DNA of 64,000 nucleotides, taken from Candidatus Obscuribacterales bacterium (GTDB lineage Bacteria; Cyanobacteriota; Vampirovibrionia; Obscuribacterales; Obscuribacteraceae). The first letter of the stretch is position 1. Each line of letters starts with the position of its first letter. The position numbers and the translations under genes were made by a program. Location: positions 1,824,001-1,888,000 of the forward strand of contig CBDDIJ010000002.1 in assembly GCA_965228855.1 (NCBI GenBank), written 5' to 3'. Shown here piece after piece: positions 9,429-18,369 of this stretch. Below the pieces are notes generated by a model. It was not told the origin of the DNA, did no database searches, and was given only the letters and a program-made list of their open reading frames with translations.

Positions 9429-9665
9429 ATGGAACAGATTCTTCTACCTGTCTTAGTGCTGATGTTACTCGTCGGCATTGCTGGCGGCAATCCAGGAATG
9501 GTAGTGAAGCCGCTGTTCGATATAGTCTCGCAACTCGTCGGTGCACTACTCCAGCTTTTATGCACGCTAATCGTCACGCTGTTTCGAGCTGCATGCACTC
9601 TTGTGGTTTCGGCAATACAAGCCATCTCCACAATGATCATTGACTCACGCAACATCAATCGATAA
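9429..9665 (+). CDS. Small hydrophobic membrane protein
   Basis: GGAG RBS, ATG right after the HTH stop, almost entirely hydrophobic. Confidence 0.6.
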   Translation: MEQILLPVLVLMLLVGIAGGNPGMVVKPLFDIVSQLVGALLQLLCTLIVTLFRAACTLVVSAIQAISTMIIDSRNINR

Positions 9666-9923
9666 TAAACCACTGAAAGATGCATGCATTGCAAACGCAA
9701 TATGAGAAAACAGTATCAATGATCATCAACCATCATGACACCATCCGCGCGGAGCAGGCAGCGACGCGCAACACATGACCGAGCGAAGCGAGCCCGAACC
9801 GTTGGTCTCACCATACGGTAAGGCAAGATAAAGAGAAACTCTAACTGTCCCGACCGCCACTATCCACGGTGCTTTCGGGTACGGGATAAACGAGCTCGCT
9901 CCGTTCAATCCAGGGCAAAACAC

Positions 9924-9952
9924 CGCAAATCGAGACGAGTTGCGCGTCTTGC
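9924..9952 (+). other. Candidate origin of transfer (oriT)
   Basis: Inverted repeat CGCAA.TCG/CGA.TTGCG followed by CGTCTTGC, resembling MOBP nic sites; directly upstream of RHH-relaxase genes. Confidence 0.4.
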
Positions 9953-9967
9953 GTACAGGAGGGGCTT

Positions 9968-10372
9968 ATGGCCAAACCAATACTCAAATCAAGAGTCGAA
10001 ACATATCTTTCGGCTGAAGACCATGACCGATTTATTTCTCTCTGCCGAAGAAGGAAAACAACACAAGCGTCAGTTGTGCGTGATGCGATTCGGTGGTACC
10101 TGAGCAATCACGATCAAATCAAGGAAAGCAAAGTTGAATCTGAGTTGTCCAAGAACATCAAGAACATGACTGACAGAATCTGCGGAATGTTGGCGAGACA
10201 AGGAGCACAAACGGGAACCTTGTACGAGCTCGCATGGCAAAACCATGTCGAGAACAAAATACAGGAAAGATTCGTAGCAGCATCAAATCTCGTCAAAGGC
10301 AAAATGCGAAAACGTCTTGAAGACGATGAAAAAGCAATTGCCGAAAGAATGACCAAGGTAGTCGGGCAATGA
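9968..10372 (+). CDS. Ribbon-helix-helix relaxosome accessory protein (MobC/CopG-like)
   Basis: RVETYLS..DHDRF..LC......ASVVRDAIRWYL; overlaps relaxase start. Confidence 0.7.
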   Translation: MAKPILKSRVETYLSAEDHDRFISLCRRRKTTQASVVRDAIRWYLSNHDQIKESKVESELSKNIKNMTDRICGMLARQGAQTGTLYELAWQNHVENKIQERFVAASNLVKGKMRKRLEDDEKAIAERMTKVVGQ

Positions 10373-11655
10373 TGATCGTTCGCCACAGCTACATATCCGT
10401 AAAGGCGAAACAACGCAGCGGCATCAAATTGAAGGTGGCGCGCTCACTGGCAATCGGCGCCGCTCTCGGACACGTTAAGTACATCCAACACCGCCCCGGA
10501 AAGGACCTGGAGGAAGGCGGTCGGGAAATGTTCACCGACACGGAGGACTCAGTGGACGCGAAAGAAATGCGAGACAAGGTTCGCGATTATGACGGCAAAG
10601 GCGTGGTGGTCCACAAGCTAACACTGTCACCGGAAGTCAGCCCCAACGATCCGAAAGAGTTTACGAGGGAGGTGATGCATCAGCTCGGTTCGGAGAAAGG
10701 ATTGGATCTCGAATGGTTTGCTGTCACGCACAACAATACCGATCATCGCCACGTGCATGTAGTGGTGATGCCGAAAGACAAGGAAGGTAGATTCGTCAGA
10801 TTCGATAAGAAAGACTACGACCTGATGAAAGAGTTCGGTGACAGATATCTGGAGCGGACTCAATACTCAGATTGCCGAGTGGCGGAATTCGAGCGACAAC
10901 AAAAACACAAGGAGCAAAAGAAAGAGAGGCAGCAACAATTTGAAAGGGATAGGCAAGAGCGAATCCGAAACGGCGAAGAGCTTCCCTGGCTACACAAGAA
11001 AATAGTCCGCGAAGAGCTTGAGCCGCACAGCGAATGGAGCAAGACTCAAGCACAAGATGAGAAGGAATCCTTCGAGTATCTCGGCCAACGATATTCAAAG
11101 AACGACGGCTACGAAAGACTAACCGGACTCCGGCGCCATCTTATGGAGAACACAGACAAATCGTTAAGGCTACCCAAGGAGGATTACAAACGGCTGGCAA
11201 GCTGGATCGACAGCAAGGACCGGGCGCGTTTCTCAGGCGAAATTCAACGCCAATTGAACAGTGCAAAAGCATCGGCAACCGCCCGTGAAGAAGCACGAAA
11301 CTCGCCGAATGCAAACCGCTACGTTTCGCCCCTTCAACAAGAAATGATGCGCAATCCCATCATGAGCCTATTTCTGACGGAAGCAGCAATCGCCGCAGAA
11401 CTCGTCCGATGGATACCGCTTACAGATCAACGTGATCGTCTCAAAGAAAACCGAGACGACCTTGAAGATGCTAAACGCGACGTCGAAGCCAAACAGCGAG
11501 GACGCGCTAATCCAGGCGCTAAAGCAGCAGACGAGGCAATCATCGAACAGATTGATGATGCCATAGAAGACAACAAAAACACTCGTAAAGATGCGCATAA
11601 GGAGCGCGAAGTAGAGAAAAGAAAGCGCGACCGCGATCTTGATTTCATGGAGTAA
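10369..11655 (+). CDS. Relaxase, MOBP-like
   Basis: HVKYIQHR (catalytic Tyr), HKLTLSP, H.NTDHRHVHVV HUH motif; charged C-terminal coiled coil. Confidence 0.85.
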   Translation: MMIVRHSYISVKAKQRSGIKLKVARSLAIGAALGHVKYIQHRPGKDLEEGGREMFTDTEDSVDAKEMRDKVRDYDGKGVVVHKLTLSPEVSPNDPKEFTREVMHQLGSEKGLDLEWFAVTHNNTDHRHVHVVVMPKDKEGRFVRFDKKDYDLMKEFGDRYLERTQYSDCRVAEFERQQKHKEQKKERQQQFERDRQERIRNGEELPWLHKKIVREELEPHSEWSKTQAQDEKESFEYLGQRYSKNDGYERLTGLRRHLMENTDKSLRLPKEDYKRLASWIDSKDRARFSGEIQRQLNSAKASATAREEARNSPNANRYVSPLQQEMMRNPIMSLFLTEAAIAAELVRWIPLTDQRDRLKENRDDLEDAKRDVEAKQRGRANPGAKAADEAIIEQIDDAIEDNKNTRKDAHKEREVEKRKRDRDLDFME

Positions 11656-11661
11656 GTACAA

Positions 11662-13611
11662 ATGCAAACAACCGCAAAGGATGTTGGCGTTGTTAATGCA
11701 GCGCCAAAAGATTTACCTGTCCTGGCAGTGAATGTTCTCGACAGGCTCGGCTACAACGTCTCACGAGCCAGCAAGCAGCTCGATCAAATTCTCGCAGTCG
11801 AAAGACTCGATGAAAAGGTAGGACGAGATTGGTGGAGGCACGAGTACCGAGTTGTGCTCAGATGGTCTGACGCAATGGGCGGCTCACGAGTCGAAATCGA
11901 AATTACAGAACGACAAGGAGGTGGGACTGAAGAAGACTGCCGGCAGAGATGCAAGCAAGTGATTGCAACTCTTCAGGCAGATGCAATTCGCGCAACGAAT
12001 GTCTCGTCAACCAAAACAAAATCGACGGTGCACGGAGGAGCCGCATGGGGAGACGAAACACAGCTGCGCCGCGCCGGATACATAACAACAAGACCGGAGG
12101 CAACACGGTTAATCATCGGGAAGACTCCGAAAGGTGAGTTTATTTCGATACCAGAACTGGTGACAAATGCGCACGCCATAGTCTGCGGTCGAACCGGTGT
12201 CGGAAAATCGCGAGGATTCTTCATTCCGAATCTGATTGAGCGAACCGGCAGCAACATGATCGTGACTGAGGCAACCCCAGGGTATGAACCAGGCGAACTA
12301 TACACACTAACCTCTGGATGGCGAAAGCAAGCAGGTCACACCATCTACTCATTCAATCCTGCCGACATGTCATCAACGCGAATCAATCCCGTCGACCGAG
12401 TGAGATGGGCGCCAGAACTGGAGAAAGCAAAGGAGGCTGAAAAGTTAGCCGATCTAATCATCATGAACGGCAGCGGAGAGGAAACGCGAATCGATCCGAC
12501 ATGGGATAGATCAGAGAAACAATTGCTCGTTTCACTGATACTGCATGCGGCGGCAACCGATCCTCAGAGAGGACATATCGGAGCACTGAGATGGCTGTTG
12601 TTATCGGGGGTGAGTAAGGTCCGCCAGGAACTCGCCAGAAGCCCTTCAGCGCTCGCACAAATGGAGTTTGAAGGCTGGCTAGGGTCAACCTCCGAGAACT
12701 TCCGTTTCGGGGTCTTGTCGGGGCTAATGACGAAGTTGAATCCATGGATAACGGATCAACTTGTCGCACTAACCGAGAAAACGGACGTGGATTTCGATGC
12801 GCTGAAGAAGCAACTCTTCACCTTCTACATCGCCGTGCCAAGCCGCTCCCGAGATAGCAAGCTAATCGGCTCACTCCTCGTGAATTTCCTGCTCGACTAT
12901 CTGCTCGATAGCAAATCGACGATGAAGTATCCAACATCGCTCTTTCTCGATGAATTCACAAACTTCGGAAAGATCGCAAACATTGCGAATGTTCTATCAA
13001 TCGTCAGAAAAGCCAAGCTAAGTCTCGTGCTCGGATTTCAAAACTACTTCCAGCTCGAACGAGTCTACTCACAAAAGGAGGCACAGATCATCTTCGACCA
13101 ACCGGCAACGCAAATCTACTTCCGACAGAAAAACTTCCGCGAAGCCCGAGCACTGAGCGAAGCGTTAGGAAGAACGACAATCGAAGAAGTCACCGTGAGC
13201 GATACCGGACGAGTACAAGAGTTTATCCAAGGAAGATCACTTGCAACGCCGGACGAACTCATAAATCTGAGCGGCGAAGTCATCACTTTCACGAACGACA
13301 CTTGGCCGCTCAAAATCCCGCTCACATCGCCAACAGCCTATCACTATGCCCTTGCATATCCACCGCCGGAACGATCACCGCACGAAATTTCAGAAACGAT
13401 TCGAAAGCGTGGCCGCACCGAGCGACCAGAAACCAGTCAACGCAAGGAAGAGAGCAAGCCCGAAGGAAAGAACCGGAACCGTGAGCGTAACCGCAACGAT
13501 AAGAAGCGGAATGTCAATCAACGTACTGCGCAAGAGCGCGCAAACGAAGACAACGCCAATCAATTTCAACAGCAAGACTCACCGGAGGTAGATGACGTAT
13601 GGCCGTCGTAG
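11662..13611 (+). CDS. virD4: Type IV coupling protein, VirD4/TraG family
   Basis: Walker A GRTGVGKS, FFIPNL, FNP..S.RINP, Walker B LFLDEFTN, Q..FQL..VY, A..LSEALG..T. Confidence 0.9.
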   Translation: MQTTAKDVGVVNAAPKDLPVLAVNVLDRLGYNVSRASKQLDQILAVERLDEKVGRDWWRHEYRVVLRWSDAMGGSRVEIEITERQGGGTEEDCRQRCKQVIATLQADAIRATNVSSTKTKSTVHGGAAWGDETQLRRAGYITTRPEATRLIIGKTPKGEFISIPELVTNAHAIVCGRTGVGKSRGFFIPNLIERTGSNMIVTEATPGYEPGELYTLTSGWRKQAGHTIYSFNPADMSSTRINPVDRVRWAPELEKAKEAEKLADLIIMNGSGEETRIDPTWDRSEKQLLVSLILHAAATDPQRGHIGALRWLLLSGVSKVRQELARSPSALAQMEFEGWLGSTSENFRFGVLSGLMTKLNPWITDQLVALTEKTDVDFDALKKQLFTFYIAVPSRSRDSKLIGSLLVNFLLDYLLDSKSTMKYPTSLFLDEFTNFGKIANIANVLSIVRKAKLSLVLGFQNYFQLERVYSQKEAQIIFDQPATQIYFRQKNFREARALSEALGRTTIEEVTVSDTGRVQEFIQGRSLATPDELINLSGEVITFTNDTWPLKIPLTSPTAYHYALAYPPPERSPHEISETIRKRGRTERPETSQRKEESKPEGKNRNRERNRNDKKRNVNQRTAQERANEDNANQFQQQDSPEVDDVWPS

Positions 13612-14162
13612 CAATCATTGTCGGAACATTCGTGTTCCTTCTCACCGGAGCATGCATCGGCGAAGCATCACATGACGCAGGTGCGGGAATAGTGCCAGGA
13701 CTTGTCCTCGGCGTACTCGTTGCGATTCCAATTTTCAAAGCCGCCTGCGAAGAGCGCGCGAAACTTCTCCATCCTCAACCGCGAGAATACCGGGTTCCAG
13801 CAAAAATCGCATTCGCAAAAATCCGCGATATTCTCGCCGAGATCTCCTACAACTACGGAGATAAATGGCACGTCGTAACGGCTGATACTCAAACAGGAAG
13901 AATCACCGCAAACCTGCGCTTCATCGACGAATTCACGCGATTGGAAGGTGACGCGCGCGGAAATATCCACACGCGAAAGGAGCGCCTACAGCGCTTCCTT
14001 GCAGTCGATATAAAGGTGCAACCGACCGAACGCGGAACAGCCATCATCGTACTGGACTTTAGACCAACGGTGGAAGGGGTTAACTATGCGGCATGCGATA
14101 GCATCATTTCATCCCTAGCGATTGCAATACACAGCGAGATTAACCGCTCTACAACGTCCTGA
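13599..14162 (+). CDS. Membrane protein (2 TM plus soluble alpha/beta domain)
   Basis: Overlaps virD4 end, GGAGGT RBS, two N-terminal hydrophobic helices. Confidence 0.7.
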   Translation: MAVVAIIVGTFVFLLTGACIGEASHDAGAGIVPGLVLGVLVAIPIFKAACEERAKLLHPQPREYRVPAKIAFAKIRDILAEISYNYGDKWHVVTADTQTGRITANLRFIDEFTRLEGDARGNIHTRKERLQRFLAVDIKVQPTERGTAIIVLDFRPTVEGVNYAACDSIISSLAIAIHSEINRSTTS

Positions 14163-14227
14163 CAGTGCACCTTTGACGATTCGATATGTTATGCTGACAA
14201 GCTTCCCGCAGTTACTTGGTGTGATCA

Positions 14228-16003
14228 ATGGCAGGTCATCTTTTCTCTTGGTTGCCTCTTTCCAAAATCCCCGGTCAGTTTTCGAAAGGAATGTCGGCGG
14301 ACGAATTAAAGAGAATCGTGGAATGCGCTAAGTATGACCCTGCGCTATTCACTTGCATTCATTTGAATGGCATAGTGTCAAATGCCAATGTAGCAAATCA
14401 TCGAGAGCGACAATTAGAAGCAGTAGGCCACATACTTCTTTCTCCTGAAACGAGAAAAATTGTAGACAAGTTTGTGCGGCAGGATCCTTCCCCATTTGTG
14501 CTGTCTCGTCGCCACTTACTGGAGCTGGTTAAGTGGGTGGCGGTGTACGCAGGAGGCGCACCTCCAGCCGATAAAGAGAGCCCGGACCAGTTTTTGCTCG
14601 CAGCAATTGCCGCTGTCGAACTCGCAGCAGAACGTCATGACGCAAGCTTTGCGGCGAGCAAGGACGATCCGCCTGAGGAAAGGATTCGCAAAGCCTTACC
14701 TGCCATTAGAGAGATATCCCTTTACGCAGATCCAGGCTGGTTCCCGTTGCATTCCTTAGGTAGAGCCAAGATTCTGCTTGAAGATGGAGTGTTCAAGAAT
14801 GAGAAATTCACAAAAGAATTTGTCAAAAAAACTGGTTTTACACTCGAAGAATTCTTGACTTGCATGGCAGGAATTGCGTGCCTCGGGCTTGGCGCCAAGA
14901 GGCCAGAAAGTGGCTCTAGGCAGTATGCCTTCGCCCTAAAGAATTTGGTGGCTCAGGCACCGGACTTGGAGGCTCTGTTCAAGAAATTTTTCTCTTGTTT
15001 TGCCACTAGCCCAGAGCAAATTCGCAAAGCGCTCGCTGGAAAAAGCCCAACCGACTTTTATGACTTCAAATTGCTAAGACAGCGACCTATAGTGGGTTTC
15101 GACGATGGGACGTTTCTGATAGTTGATCCAATATTCTTTGCGCAATGTCTTGCGGTTGGACCGATGTTTAGAGTGCTTGGAATAGGCGAAAATGAGGTGT
15201 TTGGCGCCTTCGGAACTGCCTTCGAGAATTATGTGGCATCGTTGTTCGATAGTTACTGTAAGCGTTTTCTCGGAAACACGGGTGGATATTTATCAAAAAA
15301 CAAACACATCGATTTAGGAAAAGGACAGCAGAGAGAATTGTCGGACATTTGCATCTCCTTCGAAAATGAGGTTGTCCTAATAGAAACCAAAGGGGCGTGG
15401 CTAAAGGATACCGTCTTATCGGATCTCGATCCTGGCGATTTCTTAGCCGAACTCCACGCTAAGTATGGCGTCCACGAGGAAAATGACCGCGACAAAGGCT
15501 TCGCACAGCTAGCGGATTCGATTAGAGCACTCGCCGACGGACGAGTCATTGCTGAGACGGATGGTGGCAGGGACGAAGCTAATCTGGTATTTCCCGATAC
15601 AGTCAAGACAATCTATCCAGTACTTGTGGTTCACGATCCTCTTATCCATGCTACGGGCTTCATCGGGCACATTCTCGCAATTGAATTTGCAAGAAGACTT
15701 GGTCAAAGTGATGCAAGTCAATCCGGTTTCTTTGAGTATTCTGGAGCAAAACGAACGTTTCGGATAGCCAATCTCACTCTTATCACTATTGATGATCTTG
15801 AGGATCTCTTCGCTATTGGAGCGTGCAGTAGGAACTTCCTGGAGCATGTTCAAGGCTTTTCGGAGATCGATCCTTTCCGTTTAGCTGCGACGTTTGATGA
15901 ATATGTAGCATTGCAAGGACGGGCTGATCCTCTGCTATCGCCTTTAGTGGCAAAATCGCAAGAGCTGTTAAAACGAGCTGGCCGCGCGCTGATACCTTCC
16001 TAA
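14228..16003 (+). CDS. Hypothetical protein with C-terminal PD-(D/E)xK nuclease-like domain
   Basis: GTAFENYV...ELSDICI...VVLIETKG...Q motif pattern. Confidence 0.7.
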   Translation: MAGHLFSWLPLSKIPGQFSKGMSADELKRIVECAKYDPALFTCIHLNGIVSNANVANHRERQLEAVGHILLSPETRKIVDKFVRQDPSPFVLSRRHLLELVKWVAVYAGGAPPADKESPDQFLLAAIAAVELAAERHDASFAASKDDPPEERIRKALPAIREISLYADPGWFPLHSLGRAKILLEDGVFKNEKFTKEFVKKTGFTLEEFLTCMAGIACLGLGAKRPESGSRQYAFALKNLVAQAPDLEALFKKFFSCFATSPEQIRKALAGKSPTDFYDFKLLRQRPIVGFDDGTFLIVDPIFFAQCLAVGPMFRVLGIGENEVFGAFGTAFENYVASLFDSYCKRFLGNTGGYLSKNKHIDLGKGQQRELSDICISFENEVVLIETKGAWLKDTVLSDLDPGDFLAELHAKYGVHEENDRDKGFAQLADSIRALADGRVIAETDGGRDEANLVFPDTVKTIYPVLVVHDPLIHATGFIGHILAIEFARRLGQSDASQSGFFEYSGAKRTFRIANLTLITIDDLEDLFAIGACSRNFLEHVQGFSEIDPFRLAATFDEYVALQGRADPLLSPLVAKSQELLKRAGRALIPS

Positions 16004-16018
16004 TCGTTGAACATTTTG

Positions 16019-18367
16019 CTACTTTTTGCGAGACCGCTTAGCAGCTAGTTTTGCTGAATCTGCGTCGATGAATTCGTAGTAGTCCTGAACGCCTAGATGA
16101 AGTTGTTGTGTCACATTGCTGATTCGCTGGAGTTTGTCATGCCCCATTTTCCACGAATAGCGCGTATCAATGAATTTGAATTGCTTGCCAGCGATGTCCT
16201 GCCAACAACCGGGCGTTTTGCTATTTTGCAGAAGTTCGTGCGCGGTAAGTATGATCAATCTCAGCGGACGATCTAACTTCCGCCATTGCCGAAGTCCGCT
16301 CACTGCAATCGATCTCAAAGCTCGTTTCTCACGGTTTGTCAATTCCCGCCGCAGTGTTGCGAACACAAACGTCGCCCCTGGAAATAATCGCATCAATTCC
16401 TTGGCTCGTTTGAAATCACGCTCTTCAAATTTGTCGAACGTTTTGCATTCAGCAAAAACCATAGCGGGTTCAGCATCCCTGAGTCGTTCGGTAGTCTTCC
16501 ACCAGAGCGCCAAGTCAATTTCTAAATCGTTAGGCTTCCCTCGCTTCAGTTCAATGCCCGGATACCAAGAAATATCGTCCCCAATCGACCAACTGAAAAA
16601 TCGCGCTGTTAACAAAACGGTGTACGCACCACCAGCGAAGTCTGGCATGCTGAAGGGCCCCAGAGCCCGATACGACCAGTGGGCCTTCGATGGTTGATCC
16701 GCGGGGAACGGAAAACTTCGCAGACATCGATCACATGTGAGAACTTCAGCGAGACCTGACAGCGCAAACCAATTCTTTCTTCCGCATGACGAACAGTCCA
16801 GCTCGACTCCGATGCGCACGCTCTTTGCCTTCGTCATGAACTCCAGAATTCGTGGATAATGCCTATCCCCGCCGACAGAATGCGCTTGCTTTAGTCGACC
16901 GACCAACTGCTTGTACGTAAGACTATTTCCTTTTGACAGATGGTGAAAGGTGTTCAACACTTCGACTGAAGCAAGATAGTATGCCTTGCTTAGTCCTTCA
17001 CTGGCTCTAGTCAGTTCCAGCACGTTTGTTCCGGCTGCAGATCGGGCGACTGTAAACTTCCTGTCGGAGAACCATTTTTGAAAGACGTCCCAATGGCTCG
17101 GTAGCTCAAGATTCAGCGCATCCGTCTTGCCTGCGCAACCGACCACAAAGCCCTCTGAATTATTCCAGCTTGATGTTTTGTCGGCGGACATATAAGACGA
17201 CTGGGCGAATGAAAAATACGGCATGACTGTCGCCGCATCGAGCTCGTCGCTATCGTGCTTGGGCGAAAAAACATTAACCCAGTGACTGTAATAAAAGCCA
17301 AACTGATCTGATTCACGGATCCAGTTTGGGAAGAGTGGACTACAAGTTACTGTTGATGTGCCTGGCTGACGCGGCACAACATCTTTTGCGGCTTGGATAT
17401 CTCGCCGGAACGCTCTATCAGAATCGCGGTACTCCTTCCGCCAGATGCGTGGATGCCAACTTCTCACAATGAACTTTTTGCGGCCAGGTTTGATCTGCTT
17501 ATGAAAACTTTCAAAGTCCTGTTCTGAAATTGAGCGGCCACGCATGATCTGAACTTGCTCAGTTTTTGACTGAGCGATGAATTTGTTAGCTATTTTGACC
17601 GCCGAGTCGTTCCATTGCATAACTAAAGGAACCATTTTCCATCCCAAAGCACGCAAGTTCCAATAGTCCACAATGTCTATGAATGACCCAGCATCCATGT
17701 AGAAAAGGCTTGTTGCCTCGATTTCCTGGCGTTGGATATATCTCAGTCCGGATGAACCAAGCCAGAGAAGATTGGTTCCCTGCTGAAAGAAATGTTTGAG
17801 AGCTTCTTCCTCGTTCAGATCGATTTCGTTCGCTAAAAATAGCTCTTTTACGTCTTGAGTAACTTGTCCCCAAGCTCTGCGAGGAAACCGCCCTAATGTC
17901 GCCGCAGTAACCAACGACGTATCGGACACCGCGCGAGCAGCAATTGATACAGCGGGTTTCTCGGACTTGCCCGAATGAAGCTGCTTGTCGTAAACATTAC
18001 CTAGAAGCGAAATAATGCTTAGCCCATACCAGCCACCCGGCTCAAAAATCTTGTTGCCAGGCTGATACACCACGCGCTTGCTGAAAGGAAAGGGAATGCT
18101 CTCGGCTGCTTGATGATTTTCAGCGACAATGTAATCGGGCTCAAATGTTTCCAAATGTCCGAGCAGGATTTCTTGTGCGGATGGATTCTCAAATCTTCCG
18201 TCAGAGTAACCTTTGGGCCGGACCTTGTAGTTCGGGATGATCGGATTGAACATTCCGCCCCAAAGACACGTGTTGAGTTCGATGGCGCGTGCGAGTTGCC
18301 GAAAATCCCCGGGAGCGACAAGCGTCGCAAATCGTACTGGTCGCAATCGCCGGGGAATTTGCTGCAT
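16019..18367 (-). CDS. Large protein with Zn ribbon and C-terminal PD-(D/E)xK nuclease-like domain
   Basis: 782-aa ORF; CSSC..CDRC; EIDLAL...VFAECKT. Confidence 0.72.
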   Translation of the reverse strand: MQQIPRRLRPVRFATLVAPGDFRQLARAIELNTCLWGGMFNPIIPNYKVRPKGYSDGRFENPSAQEILLGHLETFEPDYIVAENHQAAESIPFPFSKRVVYQPGNKIFEPGGWYGLSIISLLGNVYDKQLHSGKSEKPAVSIAARAVSDTSLVTAATLGRFPRRAWGQVTQDVKELFLANEIDLNEEEALKHFFQQGTNLLWLGSSGLRYIQRQEIEATSLFYMDAGSFIDIVDYWNLRALGWKMVPLVMQWNDSAVKIANKFIAQSKTEQVQIMRGRSISEQDFESFHKQIKPGRKKFIVRSWHPRIWRKEYRDSDRAFRRDIQAAKDVVPRQPGTSTVTCSPLFPNWIRESDQFGFYYSHWVNVFSPKHDSDELDAATVMPYFSFAQSSYMSADKTSSWNNSEGFVVGCAGKTDALNLELPSHWDVFQKWFSDRKFTVARSAAGTNVLELTRASEGLSKAYYLASVEVLNTFHHLSKGNSLTYKQLVGRLKQAHSVGGDRHYPRILEFMTKAKSVRIGVELDCSSCGRKNWFALSGLAEVLTCDRCLRSFPFPADQPSKAHWSYRALGPFSMPDFAGGAYTVLLTARFFSWSIGDDISWYPGIELKRGKPNDLEIDLALWWKTTERLRDAEPAMVFAECKTFDKFEERDFKRAKELMRLFPGATFVFATLRRELTNREKRALRSIAVSGLRQWRKLDRPLRLIILTAHELLQNSKTPGCWQDIAGKQFKFIDTRYSWKMGHDKLQRISNVTQQLHLGVQDYYEFIDADSAKLAAKRSRKK

Positions 18368-18369
18368 GA

